A stretch of DNA of 64,000 nucleotides from Octopus vulgaris (lineage: Eukaryota). Positions 52,166-64,000 of this stretch are shown piece by piece. Positions within the stretch are counted from its first letter, which is position 1, and each line of letters opens with the position of its first letter. A model generated the notes under the pieces. The model had not been told where the DNA came from. It worked only from the letters and a program-made list of their open reading frames with translations, and did no database searches. The stretch is from positions 56,792,001 through 56,856,000 of the forward strand of contig OX597827.1 in NCBI GenBank assembly GCA_951406725.2, given 5' to 3'. Both the position numbers and the translations under genes were made by a program.

Positions 52166-53012
52166 CATATATGCATGTATGTATATACTTACGTGTGGCT
52201 TTGTTCAATGACCTGCTTTATGTCTGTGGTTCAAATATGCATTAAATGTTCTGATATAAAAACAGGATAGTTTCTGTTTTTATGAAACGGTGAAGATAGT
52301 GAGTTTGTGTTGGTAAATATTCACAATGAACATGGCTGAAAAAACTTACATTATTGAATATCTATTATCTTTTATCCTTTACTTGTTCCAGTCATTAGAC
52401 TATGGCCATGCTGGGGCACCACCTTGAAGAATTTTTTGTTGAATGAATTAAACCCAGTACTTATTTTTTTTTAAAGCCTGATACTTATTCTATCAGTCTC
52501 TGTTGCTGAACTGCTAGGTTACAGGGATTTAAACATACCAACACCAGTTGACAAGCAGTGGTGGGGGACAAACACACACACACACACGCACGTGCACACT
52601 CACACACACACACATACACACTCAAACACACACATACAAACGCACACACACACATGACACTTCTTTCTGTTTTTTTTTTTTACCAAATCCTCTCATAAGG
52701 CTATGGTTGTCTCAAGGCTACAATAAAAGACACTTGCCCAAGATGCCATGCAGTAGGACTGAACCCAGAAGCATGTTTTTGGGAAGCGAGCTTCTTAACA
52801 AACAGCCATATTTGTGCTTCTTTAAATTCTTGAAAATAAATTTCTCCATCACAATTGCTTATGTCCAGCAGTTACACCATTTGCCTGCAGGGATTCAACT
52901 AAATTTTAGGGGCAATTTTTTTTCAAATTTTAATCACCAATCTGTCATATCTTGTTAGGAATTGATGAAGCTATGATGTTAATGATACACACATATATTT
53001 TGTTGTTTTTAG

Positions 53013-53198
53013 GTGTTGGCTGATGCATTGGGCAATTTGCATGCTCTTGGAGAGGACATGCCTTTCTACCAACCAGTCATTTGTTACATTCTTAACCCCA
53101 AATCTATCTCAATGGAAGAGTTGTATGGAGGAATAAACCGACTTACTTTAGAATGGCATGATGGACTAATGGCCATTGTTATTAGAATAGCTGTTGCA
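53013..53198 (+). CDS. DNAH6: Dynein heavy chain exon (LNPKSISMEELYG...EWHDG)
   Basis: ttttag acceptor, gtaagt donor, 186 nt. Confidence 0.93.
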
Positions 53199-56100
53199 GT
53201 AAGTTAATTAATTAATTAATTTCAAGTGAGAACATATGTAAATATGATACATTGGATTATCTTATCTTTTATATCTTGTCTTGCTTCGGTCACAGGAATA
53301 TGGCCATGCTGGGGCACTACCTATGATTTAGCCAAGCAAATCAATCAGCTCCAGTCGACCCCACTACTTGTTTTAAAGTCTGGTCTCTTTTGCAAGCTGC
53401 TAAGTTACGGGGATGTAAACAAACCAAGAATGGCTGTGAAGTGGTGTAGGGGCACCCCCCCTCATACACACATACATACAGTGGGCTTCCATAGAGTCTC
53501 TGTCTACTAAATTCATTCACAAGGTATCGGTCAGTTCAGAACTAAAGAAAATGTTTGCCCAAGATGCCATGCAGTGAGACTGAATTTAAAACCACATGGT
53601 TCCAAATTGAGTTTCTTAACCACATAACCATTATTGAGATTGAAGAAGAATATTAACCTCTTTTGTTACCATACTTATGTTGACCTATCTGAAGGCATAT
53701 GGTTCAGTGGTTAGAGCGTCAGTGGTTAGAGCGTCACAATCATAAGACAGTGAGTTCAATTCCCGGACTGGACTGTGTGTTGTGTTCTTGAGCGAGATAC
53801 TTTATTTCATGTTGCTCCATTCCACTCAGCTGTAGAAATGAGTTGTGACATCACTAGTGCCAAACTGCATCAGCCTTTGCTTTTCCCTTGGATAAACATC
53901 AGTGGCATGGAGAGGGGAGATTGGTATGCTTGGGCGACTGCTGGTCTTCCAGAAACAACTTTGCCCAGATTTGTGCCTTGGTGGTTGTTGTTGTTGTTGT
54001 TAAGCAACAAGATGGGTAAGGGTGATTAGGTGATGGTCTAGGGCTTAGGGGCAGGAGACCCCAGACCTTGGAAAAAAAAAACTTTAGTCATCTTGTAGTC
54101 GAGGGCTCTTCGTTGACACTTGACACCACTGGGAGCTAACCCTTGAAGTCGCTGGAAATGGAGATCTCCTGGTCCAAATTCTTGAACGGCTGCCTTGGTG
54201 GGGAACTTTCTAGGTGCAATCCCATGGTCATTCATGACCAAAGGGGGTCTTTACTCTTTACCCTTTTATGCTGACCTACACCAGTTTTGTTTCAATTAAT
54301 TTTGAAAATAATGAAGCATTTAGTATAATATCTTTGAACTTATTAAGCTGGTGTTTGGAACATAAATTAACTTGAAAATTTGATGCAAGGTTTTCATCAA
54401 AATTCACAAACCCTTTAGCATTCAGATTATTCTGTCAAAAGTGATGCTTATTTATTCACATGTCTTTAATTAATCATGCATTGTCTGGTAGCATTTAGAT
54501 TTTGATGAGGTAACTGTTAAAATTTAGAATGACATTGTAGGGTAGGTGTGAGAGGCCACACCTGACTGATCTATTATATAAAATCCGTTCTGACTGTGTG
54601 TGTGTCTTGTAGGATCTCGGGCATTCTCCATCCGATTGTGCTCAAATTTGATATGTAGATACTGACGGTATCAGAGCGTGTATAAGTCTTGAAAAAATTA
54701 CAAAAATTGATTCCAGGTGAGGATGCGATCGATAAAGCCGTGGGAACGTGCATTTGTATGTGCAAGTACATTAGCTGTTGCAATCGATAGTACATGTACA
54801 CGAGAAAAATGTATGTGCAATTTGTGCAAAAAAAAGCCGACCTGTTTGGTGTCTCAAACTTAGGTTAAATCAGTGTTTCTCAAAGGGGAGGCCTATGGGA
54901 TGGTTGGAGAAGTTGTTTTGAGAAAATTTGCTTTAAATGTTTGACAACTCAGCACTGTCCATTGGATGGGGTGGGGCGTTTTTCTCGTTTGAGTATAAAA
55001 CAGAATATTTGGACTGGATATGGCTGGTTCAAATACTAAAGGGTTAAAAAAAAGAAGTGTATATCATAGAACAAAGGGCAGCCCTGGGTGGGTTGGTATC
55101 AAAAGGGTTAATACACAATTTTATTTTTAAACAAAAGGATGCAGAGAAATCAGGTAATTTCTTTTAATTTATTTCAATTTTTTTTTCTGTATTCTTCAAA
55201 TGGAATTATTTTTTGGATAAACAGGTATTTCATCATTTGCATGTTTATTATAACATTTGACGAACTGTTTTCTTTCAAGAATAAAGATTAAGTATCAAGG
55301 GAAGTTCTAATTATGTTGATCTGCTTTGAGAAACCTTAACTGGATGTACTAATGAAATATGAATAATTTTGTTGTTGTTGTTGTTGTTGTTTTGTTCAGT
55401 GTGCACAAAATATTTTTAGACTTTTATTCAAATAATTCAAAAAGAAAAAGAAATTATTTTGCTTGAGAGGAAAATATAATCAATCCCAGTATTTCGTTAG
55501 TTTTGTTTTTCATTTTAAAAACTAGATAACATATAATTACTTTTCTATTGTTATGTGTATTAGTATTTATGTAGTAAGATTTTTCCTCATTTAAAATTTA
55601 GCTTAAACATGTATCTTATGACTCTCATTAATTCAACTTAATTAAGAAGGATTAATTTGCCAATGAGATTCAGATATACTGGTATACTAATTATAAACTG
55701 ACAAGTTTTTAAACAATTCAATATATGTATGTATACAAGTAAAAGTACCATTCTATATAATGTGCACAATATTTTCATTTAGCAATTGCAACATACAGTT
55801 GTGATTTCAAAACTCATTCAATTCATATTCATGCTACAATTTGTTTTAAAACAAACTGTGAGGACTACAATTTTTTCTTGAAAATATTTTAAAGATGGAT
55901 TTTGCTTAATTTCATCAGTAAACTATAATTTCCCTAGCTTAAGTGTTGTGAATCACTACAGTTGAAATATTGATTTCCTGAAATGCTCTCACCTTAATTA
56001 AATTCAACTTATTTAATTATCTCTTTACACCTGTTAAATGGCTATGCAATTTCTAACTGGCAACAAGTCTCTGCAGAATATTGAACTTCAGATTGCAGTG

Positions 56101-56719
56101 GTGTTTACATTTATGTTATTTTATTCTTAATAACAATCTAACTATTAGTTAAGTACAGTGTTACCTTGGTATTTTTGACTTATTATTTTTATAAACAAAT
56201 AATGTTAAAAGCTGGAATTCTTATTAATTAATTTTCTGGACAAAAATAAATAAGTCAATGAGTGGAAATTGGGCCAGTGAGTGTGTTAAATTAATAAGGC
56301 ACTAAAAGAGAATGACTCTCACCAGACACAATAAACTCTGGTCATGTTTTTAACATTACCAGTATAGTGAAGGCACATGACTAAGTGGTTAGGGTCTTTG
56401 GCTCAAGATTGTAAGGTTATGAGTTTGATACATGGTAGTATGTTGTGTCCTTCAACAAGACACTTTATTTCACATTGCTCCAGTCTACTCAGCTGGCAAA
56501 AAACAAGTAATACCTGTATTTCAAAAGGCCAGCCTTGTCACACTCTGTTTCAAGCTGAATTTCCTTGAGAACTACATTAAGGGAACACATGTTTGTGGAA
56601 TACTCAGCCACTTGCATGTTAATTCTTCCATGAGCAGGCTGTTCTGTTGATTTGATCAACTGGAACCCGCATCATCATAAATGACAAAGCGGCAGTTTTA
56701 ACATCACCTCACTTCTTAA

Positions 56720-56940
56720 CCCTTTCGTTATGAACCCGGCTGAAACTGGCTCTGGTTCTGTAGTACGAATGTCTTGTTTCCATAAGTTTCGAATTAAAAT
56801 CTTCCACCAAATCTTAGTCACAATTTATGTTCCTAACACTAGCTTAATGATAACTAAGTTATTTTACTCAATACTTTGTTATATTTAAAATAATTAAAAG
56901 AAACACAGAGCATCTCAAAATAAATACAGTAACGAAAGGA
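56720..56940. mobile_element. piggyBac-type MITE (same family as 6574-6795, opposite orientation)
   Basis: TTAA|CCCTTTCGTTA...TAACGAAAGGA|TTAA. Confidence 0.8.
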
Positions 56941-57098
56941 TTAAAGTAGTGATGAAAGAATCATGAAACAAAGATGCAAGATTGCACACATTTTAGCATA
57001 AAAATAAAGAATTATTTAGAAAATATATTGCTCTGAGACATTATAATTGCATTATATTCTTGCTTTTATTTATTAAAAAAATTTTTTTTTGTTTAAAG

Positions 57099-57295
57099 GA
57101 CACAAGCCCAAAACACCAATGGGTTATCTCTGATGGTCCTGTTGATGCCCTCTGGATAGAAAACATGAATACTGTTCTTGATGACAATAAAATGCTTTGC
57201 CTGGCAAACAGTGAAAGAATCAAGTTAACACCTTATATCCACATGTTGTTTGAAGTTGAAGATCTTGCAGTTGCCTCTCCTGCAACTGTTAGTCG
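57099..57295 (+). CDS. DNAH6: Dynein heavy chain exon ([20 protein letters not shown]...ASPATVSR)
   Basis: ttaaag acceptor, gtaagt donor, phase 2. Confidence 0.95.
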
Positions 57296-57325
57296 GTAAG
57301 TGTTACCAGAACACTGTGGAGAAGC

Positions 57326-57602
57326 TGTGTGTCTGTCTCCTACGATTTAGATTCCTAACTACTCCCACATTTTGCAGTGCGGTTTAACCAAAAGCGGGTA
57401 TCTTATAGTCGTGATTCATATCGAGCCCTTCTCGGTATTAGCGCGCGTCTACAACGAGTCTACGATTTAAAAAAAAATTTACCATCATTTTTTCCCATTT
57501 TTAATGCATTTTTTTGCTATTATATAAGGGAAGTAACTCTCTAAAAATGCTTATATAGTTATTTCCCTTACAAACCTGAGCAACGCCGGGCGATACTGCT
57601 AG
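57326..57602 (+). mobile_element. Non-autonomous Helitron, deleted copy of the 13818-14332 family
   Basis: Near-identical 5' block and 3' hairpin + CTAG, lacks the middle part. Confidence 0.8.
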
Positions 57603-57622
57603 TATATATATATATGTATGTA

Positions 57623-57677
<55 letters not shown>

Positions 57678-57911
57678 TTGTGTGTTTGTGTTTGTCCCCC
57701 CAACATTGTTTGACAACTGATGCTGGTATGTTTACATCCCCGTAACTTAGCAGTTCAGCAAAAGAGACCAATAGAATAAGTATTAGGCTTACAAACAATA
57801 AGTCCTGGGGTCGATTTGTTTAGCTAAAGGCAGTGCTCCAGCATGGCCACAGTCAAATGACTGAAACAAGTAAAAAAGTAAAGAGTAAGATATATATATA
57901 TATATATATAT

Positions 57912-58114
57912 AAAGGGAAAGTTTACGAAAATAAACAAAAGACGAAGGCAGGTGGAGTACAAACAAACAAATGCATTAGTATAGCGCTCAGGAATAGAAA
58001 AAGTCTTTTACGTTTTGAGCCTACGCTCTTCGACAGAAAGATACACAGAAAAAAACAAGGAGAGAAACAAGGAGAGAGAAAAAATGCGTGTAGGAGCTAA
58101 CGATCTATCATGGC
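57912..58114 (-). mobile_element. (TA)n-embedded ~200-bp repeat, probable solo Penelope-like terminal repeat with minimal hammerhead variant
   Basis: Homologous to 22071-22275; motif at 58005-58040. Confidence 0.6.
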
Positions 58115-58673
58115 ATATATATATAGTTCCTTCCTTGTTTCAAAACCGTTTTGTCATAGAACTTCTCTTCTTATTTTATGACAGCTTCTTTATCCTTTTA
58201 TCTTTTCTTTGTTTCAGTCAATGGATTGTGGCCATGCTGGGGCTTTTAGTTGAACAAATTTACTCCAGTACTTACATTTTTAAGTCTGGTACTTATTGGT
58301 CACTTTTGCCAAACCACTAACTTACAAGGATGTAAACAAACTAACACATGTCAAATGGTGAGGGCAACAAATATGGATTCAGACACACACACACACACAC
58401 TCAGAGACCTATTGGCCAGACAATCAGAGACTGCTAAAATTTTCAGGCCACTGTTTTCATCAAACGGATCTACTCATCACTGTGCCTTTTTTTTACTGTA
58501 ACCCTGTGGGGATGTTCAAGTCTGGTGGTCAGGCCTGCATGATGTGTGTCTGTGAATTCATGTGTGATATGGGACTATGCTCTGTCTCAGACTTGGCATG
58601 TGCAATGCTCTCTTGCTAAGCCTGGAGGGAAATTTGCTCATGAGTTGGAGTCGATGAACTGATGTGGCAGAGA

Positions 58674-58712
<39 letters not shown>

Positions 58713-60270
58713 TATGAAGGAGTTTCTATGTATTTACTTGGCCTGCTAGAAATAGCAGCCAAATTCTTCTTACCTCTTTAGCATTCAGATTATTCTGCTA
58801 AATGTAATGCTTATTTATTCACACTGTTTTGAATTAATCATGAATTATCTTGCAACTTCAATATTCTGATAACATTGTGGTTTATTTTTAGAATAACATT
58901 GTAGGGTAGGTGTAAGGGGCCAGATTTGGCCAGTCTGAACATAAAGGAGGTAGAATGTTTTGACCAGATATGGACGGTTTGAATGCTAAAAGGTTAACTC
59001 ACACCATATTATCTTAGATAGAAGGAAGAGCATATTGCATAATATAGTTTGAGATTCATTATGTCTGAAAAAAAAATAAAACAAGACAAACGAAACAAAA
59101 AATAGAACAGGTAGGTCATGGCTGGAATATCTTTGATGTGAGACACAGGACTGTGATCTGTCTCAAGAGTTGGCATGTGGAATGTCATCTCACATAGCCT
59201 GGAGGAAAAATCGCTCTCAAGTTGGAATTTGTTTGATTAGAGGTGATTTGGGGTTAAACAATAACATCTGCACAAATTATTTAGCCGGAAATAATTACAA
59301 AACTCACAAGAATGGTTATGTTTAAAATTTATATTTATCAAAAAAATATAATGGATTTCCTATAAAAATATATGTTATGAAATATAATAAAGCTATTTCT
59401 CTTCCTGACAACTAAAGTGTCTTATGGAGAGAGACACACACACAGCTTATCACCTGAAGTGAAACTCATAACTGCAGTGTAGAATTTTGTTACTTTATCT
59501 GCTAAATTATTCTGTTTCTCTTCTGCGTTTATAAAAACATGCTATGACAGACAATATGTTGTATCATTCTCTGATTTTTTCATTTTATTTTCATGTAGCC
59601 TGAAGCAAATAATTGATTTTATGTTTCATTACTACATTCACAAGAAGAATTTTTTTCCCCCTACAATACTGTTGATTATGTTGTATGGGTTCTTTTGCTC
59701 TCTAGTTTATGTAGGGAAGCAATAATTTTTTTTTTTTTTTGAAAGAGAACTTTTACACCTGTTGCCTTATTTCTGTAAATTACTTATGAATTAGTTAACA
59801 ATATATTTTTTTTTACCTTTTTTTCAATTTCAATCTTTGAAATGTTGAAAGGCTTTTGAGAAATTCTGAATGTAATTGTACCCAGAGAATTATCCACTTC
59901 TAATAATGACATCTTCTGAAACAGCACAAGCTGGGAAGATTGTTGTGTAGACTTCAGGAATCCATGTTTAACTGAAAAGAATTGCAGAAGTAAAGAGTCA
60001 GGGCTTGTCTGGTTGTAACTGTAGTAATATATTGATTCAAAATTTTTGGCACAAGGCCAGCAAGATCGGGGAAGGGTTAAATCAATTACATTGACCCTAA
60101 TGTTCAACTGGTATTTATTTTATTGTTCCTGAAAGGATGAAAGGCAAAGTTGATCTTGGTGGCATTTGAATTCAGAACATGAAGTTGGATGAAATGTCGT
60201 TAAGCATTTTACCTGGCATGCTTACAATTCTGCTAGCTTACTGCTTTTACTCTAGTAATATATTGAAGCA

Positions 60271-60700
60271 AAGGTGGCGAGCTGGCAGAAATGTTAGCAT
60301 GCCGGGCGGAATGCTTAGCAGTATTTCGTTGGCCGTTACGTTCTGAGTTCAAATTCCACCAAGGTTGACTTTGCCTTTCATCCTTTCGGGGTCGATAAAT
60401 TAAGTACCAGTTATGCACTGAGGTCGATGTAATCAACTAAATCCCTTTGTCTGTCTTTGTTTGTCCTCTCTATGTTTAGCCCCTTGTGGGCAATAAAGAA
60501 ATAAGAAATGTTAGCACGCCAGGTGAAATGCTTAGTGGTATTTCGTCTGTCTTTACATTCCGAGGTCAAATTCCGCCAAAGTTGACTTTGCTTTTTATCC
60601 TTTCGGAGTTGATAAATTAAGTACCAGTTGTGTACTGGGGTCAACCTAATCGACTAGTTCCCTCCCCCAAAATTTCAGGCCTTGTGCCTAGAGTAGAAAA
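60271..60700 (+). mobile_element. SINE family C, tandem/composite (related copies ~16235-16447-, 25470-25705-, 32210-32420+, 60040-60245-, 61850-62200-, 62785-63195-)
   Basis: Head AAGGTGGCGAGCTGGCAGAA..GAGTTCAAATTCC, TTTGCCTTTCATCCTTTCGGGGTCGATAAA block, tail CCCTTGTGGGCAATAAAGAAATA. Confidence 0.8.
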
Positions 60701-63459
60701 GAAAAGAATATAATATCGAAGCATTTTTGTTGTTGATTTAGACATGTTTTACCATTTATCTTTACTTTTTTGTCTCTTCCTTGTTATGGTCATTGGACTG
60801 GGCCATGCTGTAGTACTGCCTTGAAGTATTTAGTTAAACAAATCAACCCCGGTTTCTGAGAGCTATTCTATTGGACCTCTGTCTAATTATTAAAACATTG
60901 ATTTAATGATCCAGCATTAAGTGCTGCAACATGCATTTGCTGATCTTGAGAAAATCTCATCTCACTTCTCTCTTCAGACTCTTGCCTTCGGTTTTCTACA
61001 CTCCCCCTTGCTTTATACTTGTTTCTGGAGAAATTATGTCCTTTCTTTGGTGGCATATTTTTTTCAATATTGTAAACAAAAAATTATGAATATACAAAGA
61101 AATTATACATTAATCCCTATTTTTATAAGCAGTTGTATGTATGTAGTATGTTTTTATTTTTGTATGCAGTATAAATTAAGTACCAGTTGTGTACTGGGGG
61201 TCGATCTAATGGACTAGCTCCCTCCCCCAAAATTTCAGGCCTTGTGCCTAGAGTAGAAAAGAAAAGAATATAATAATAAAGCATTTTTGTCATTGATTTA
61301 GACATGTTTTATCGTTTATTTTTACTCCTTTGTCTCTTCCATGTTACGGTCATTGGACTGGGTCATGCTGTAGCACTGCCTTGAAGTATTTAGTTAAACA
61401 AATCAACCCCAGTACTTTTCTTTTTTGAAGTTTGGTACTTATTCTTTTGGCCTCTTTTGCTGAACTGCTAAGTTATGGGGGGCATAAATGAATCAACACC
61501 TTTGTCAAAAAGTCAAGAAGTGTGGTGGATGGGTAACTAACACAAACACAAAAACATAGGTATATACACTCACACATATATGCATGCATGTACACACACA
61601 CATGCCCGCACAAGTACATATATGTGCACACAGTTTGCATTTACCAAATTCACTTGCAAGATGTAGAAGACATTTGCCCAAGGTGCAATGCAGTGGGATT
61701 GAACCCAAAATCATGTTAAAATTTGTTCTGTAAATTGTGCATCAAAAATCATATCATTGCATATGAAATATCCAAATGTCATCTAGTTCTGGACTCTTGT
61801 ATTATTATTGTTGTTAAGACAATTTGGATGGGGGTGGGGGTGGGGCAGTCGATTAGCTCGATCCCAGAATGCAACTGGTACTTAATTTATCGACCCTGAA
61901 AAGATGAAAGGCAAAGTCAATCTCGGCAAAATTTGAAGTCAGAACGTAAAGGCAGATGAAATACCTATTTCTTTACTACCCACAAGGGGCTAAACATAGA
62001 GAGGACAAACAAGGACAGACAAACGGATTAAGTCGATTATATTGACCCCAGTGCGTAACTGGTACTTAATTTATTGACCCCGAAAGGATAAAAGGCAAAG
62101 TCAACCTCGGCAGAATTTGAACTCAGAACATAAAGACAGCTGAAATACCGCTAAGCATTTCGCCCGGTGTGCTAACATTTCTGCCAGCTCATTGCCTTGT
62201 TAAGATTTGTTAAGCTCGCCACCTTGTTAAGACTGACAGAATATTAAAAAAAAAGTATCTAAAGATAGACCCTTTCCACTTATACATTACATTCCTCATT
62301 GCGGTAGTCTCTATGTGGTCACTTGACGTCCTAGAATTAGTAGCTGAATTTCTCACAAATCACATTTTACCATCTTATAAAAAAAAAGTATAGTAGATTA
62401 GATAATGTATTTCTAGGTACACTATCTCATCTTTTATTTATTACTTGTTTCAGTCATTAGACTGTGACCATTCTGGGGCACTGCCTTGAAGAATTTTTAG
62501 TTGAATATATTGATCACAGTACTTATTTTTTTTAAAGCTTGATACTTATTCTATTGGTCTCTTTTGCTGAACTGCTAAGTTACAGGAGCGAAAACACACC
62601 AGTATCAGTTGTTAAGCGGTGATGGTGGTAGGACACACACATGCACACATGTATGCACGCATGCACCATGGGCTTCTCTCAGTTTCTGCCTACCAGATCC
62701 ATTCACAAGGCCTTGGTCAAACTAAGACTACAGTAGAGGACACTTGCTCAAGGTGCCATGTTATGGTACGGGAAGCAAGCTTCTTATTTCTTTACTGCCT
62801 GCAAGGGGCTAAACATAGAGGGGACAAACAAGCACAGACAAAGGGATTAAGTTGATTACATTGACCCCAGTGCATAACTGGTACTTATTTAATCAACCCC
62901 AAAAGGATGAAAGGCTAAGTCGACCTTGGCGGAATTTGAACTCAGAACATAGCTGCAGATGAAATGCCTATTTCTTTACTACCCACAAGGGGCTAAACAC
63001 AGAGGGGATGAACAAGGACAGACAAACAGATTAAGTCGATTATATCGACCTCAGTGCATAACTGGTACTTATTTAATCGACCCCGAAAAGACGAAAGGCA
63101 AAGTTGACCTAGGTGGAATTTGAACTCAGAACATAGCGGCAGACGAAATACCGCTAAGCATTTCGTCCGGCGTGCTAACATTTCTGCCAGTTCACCGGGA
63201 AGCAAGCTTCTTACCACACAGCCACACCTGCAGCTGCATATGAAAAAGAGATAAGATGGTCATGGTTAGAATGCCTTTTAACATAGATTTGTTTTGTTAA
63301 GGCTGACCTTACCTGAACAACATTTCTCACTGGACTTGTGTTCTCTGGTTTATTCTGATGTCATTCATGGTACTTTCAAATATAGCTTGAACTACTCTCA
63401 AAAGCTGTTAATCAACTATTATCTTTAATTATAGAATCATGTATAATTAAACATTTCAG

Positions 63460-63643
63460 TTGCGGTATGGTGTACATTGATCCTGGAGGACTTCAATGGT
63501 TTCCTTATGTAGAAAAATGGATGAAAAAATGGGAAAGCCTCTTGAAAGAAACAACCAAAGAATTTCTATTTAACCTTTTCCGTGAATATGTGGACAAAGG
63601 TTTTGAATTTGTGAGAAGGAATTGTGGTCAAACTATAAATCAG
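63460..63643 (+). CDS. DNAH6: Dynein heavy chain exon (CGMVYIDP...GQTINQ)
   Basis: tttcag acceptor completes SR|CGMVY; gtagac donor. Confidence 0.93.
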
Positions 63644-64000
63644 GTAGACATATTCTTTATTTCCTTTCCATCTCCTCACCTGTCATAAAGCCATCTCCCT
63701 CGATATTTACTCCCCACCACCCTCAGGTTTGGAGTCTTGTCTTGCAAGTTGCTTGAGGATTTCACTGCTGCTGATACCACATAAAAAGCAACTTGTACGC
63801 TCTGTAAAGTGGTTGGCATTAGGAAGAGCATCCAGCCACAGAAACCGTACCAAAACAGACATCAGAGCTTGGCATAAACCTCTGGAAAGCTGACATTAAA
63901 TACCGATGATGACAAAATGTTCTAGACATTCACTAAAATATTTGGTTTTGCAATGAACTATTGACATTGATTTCTTTTTAATTAGGTCATAGATATTGAT

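Overview
Eukaryotic, AT-rich, repeat-dense genomic DNA. The SINE families and microsatellite load look like an octopus (coleoid cephalopod) genome, which is an inference from recalled repeats. The window holds 15 consecutive + strand coding exons of an axonemal inner-arm dynein heavy chain (DNAH6-like; end of linker, AAA1 and AAA2), with GT-AG boundaries and matching phases; one intron is about 27.4 kb (12864-40258). The introns carry tRNA-derived SINEs, CR1/L2-type LINE 3' ends, mariner, pogo, hAT, piggyBac and Helitron relics, and microsatellites. The main finding is a (TA)n-associated Penelope-like element (PLE) system. It includes a ~3.2 kb head-to-head fold-back PLE (RT + GIY-YIG, 5-nt loop) at 46.6-49.9 kb, several unrelated ~190-nt fold-backs beside (TA)n, and five type I hammerhead-ribozyme-like motifs with two recurrent non-canonical cores (CCGANGA...U-GAAAC and CUGUCGAA). 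One near-invariant dynein Asp is encoded as Asn (AAT) and could be restored by A-to-I editing.
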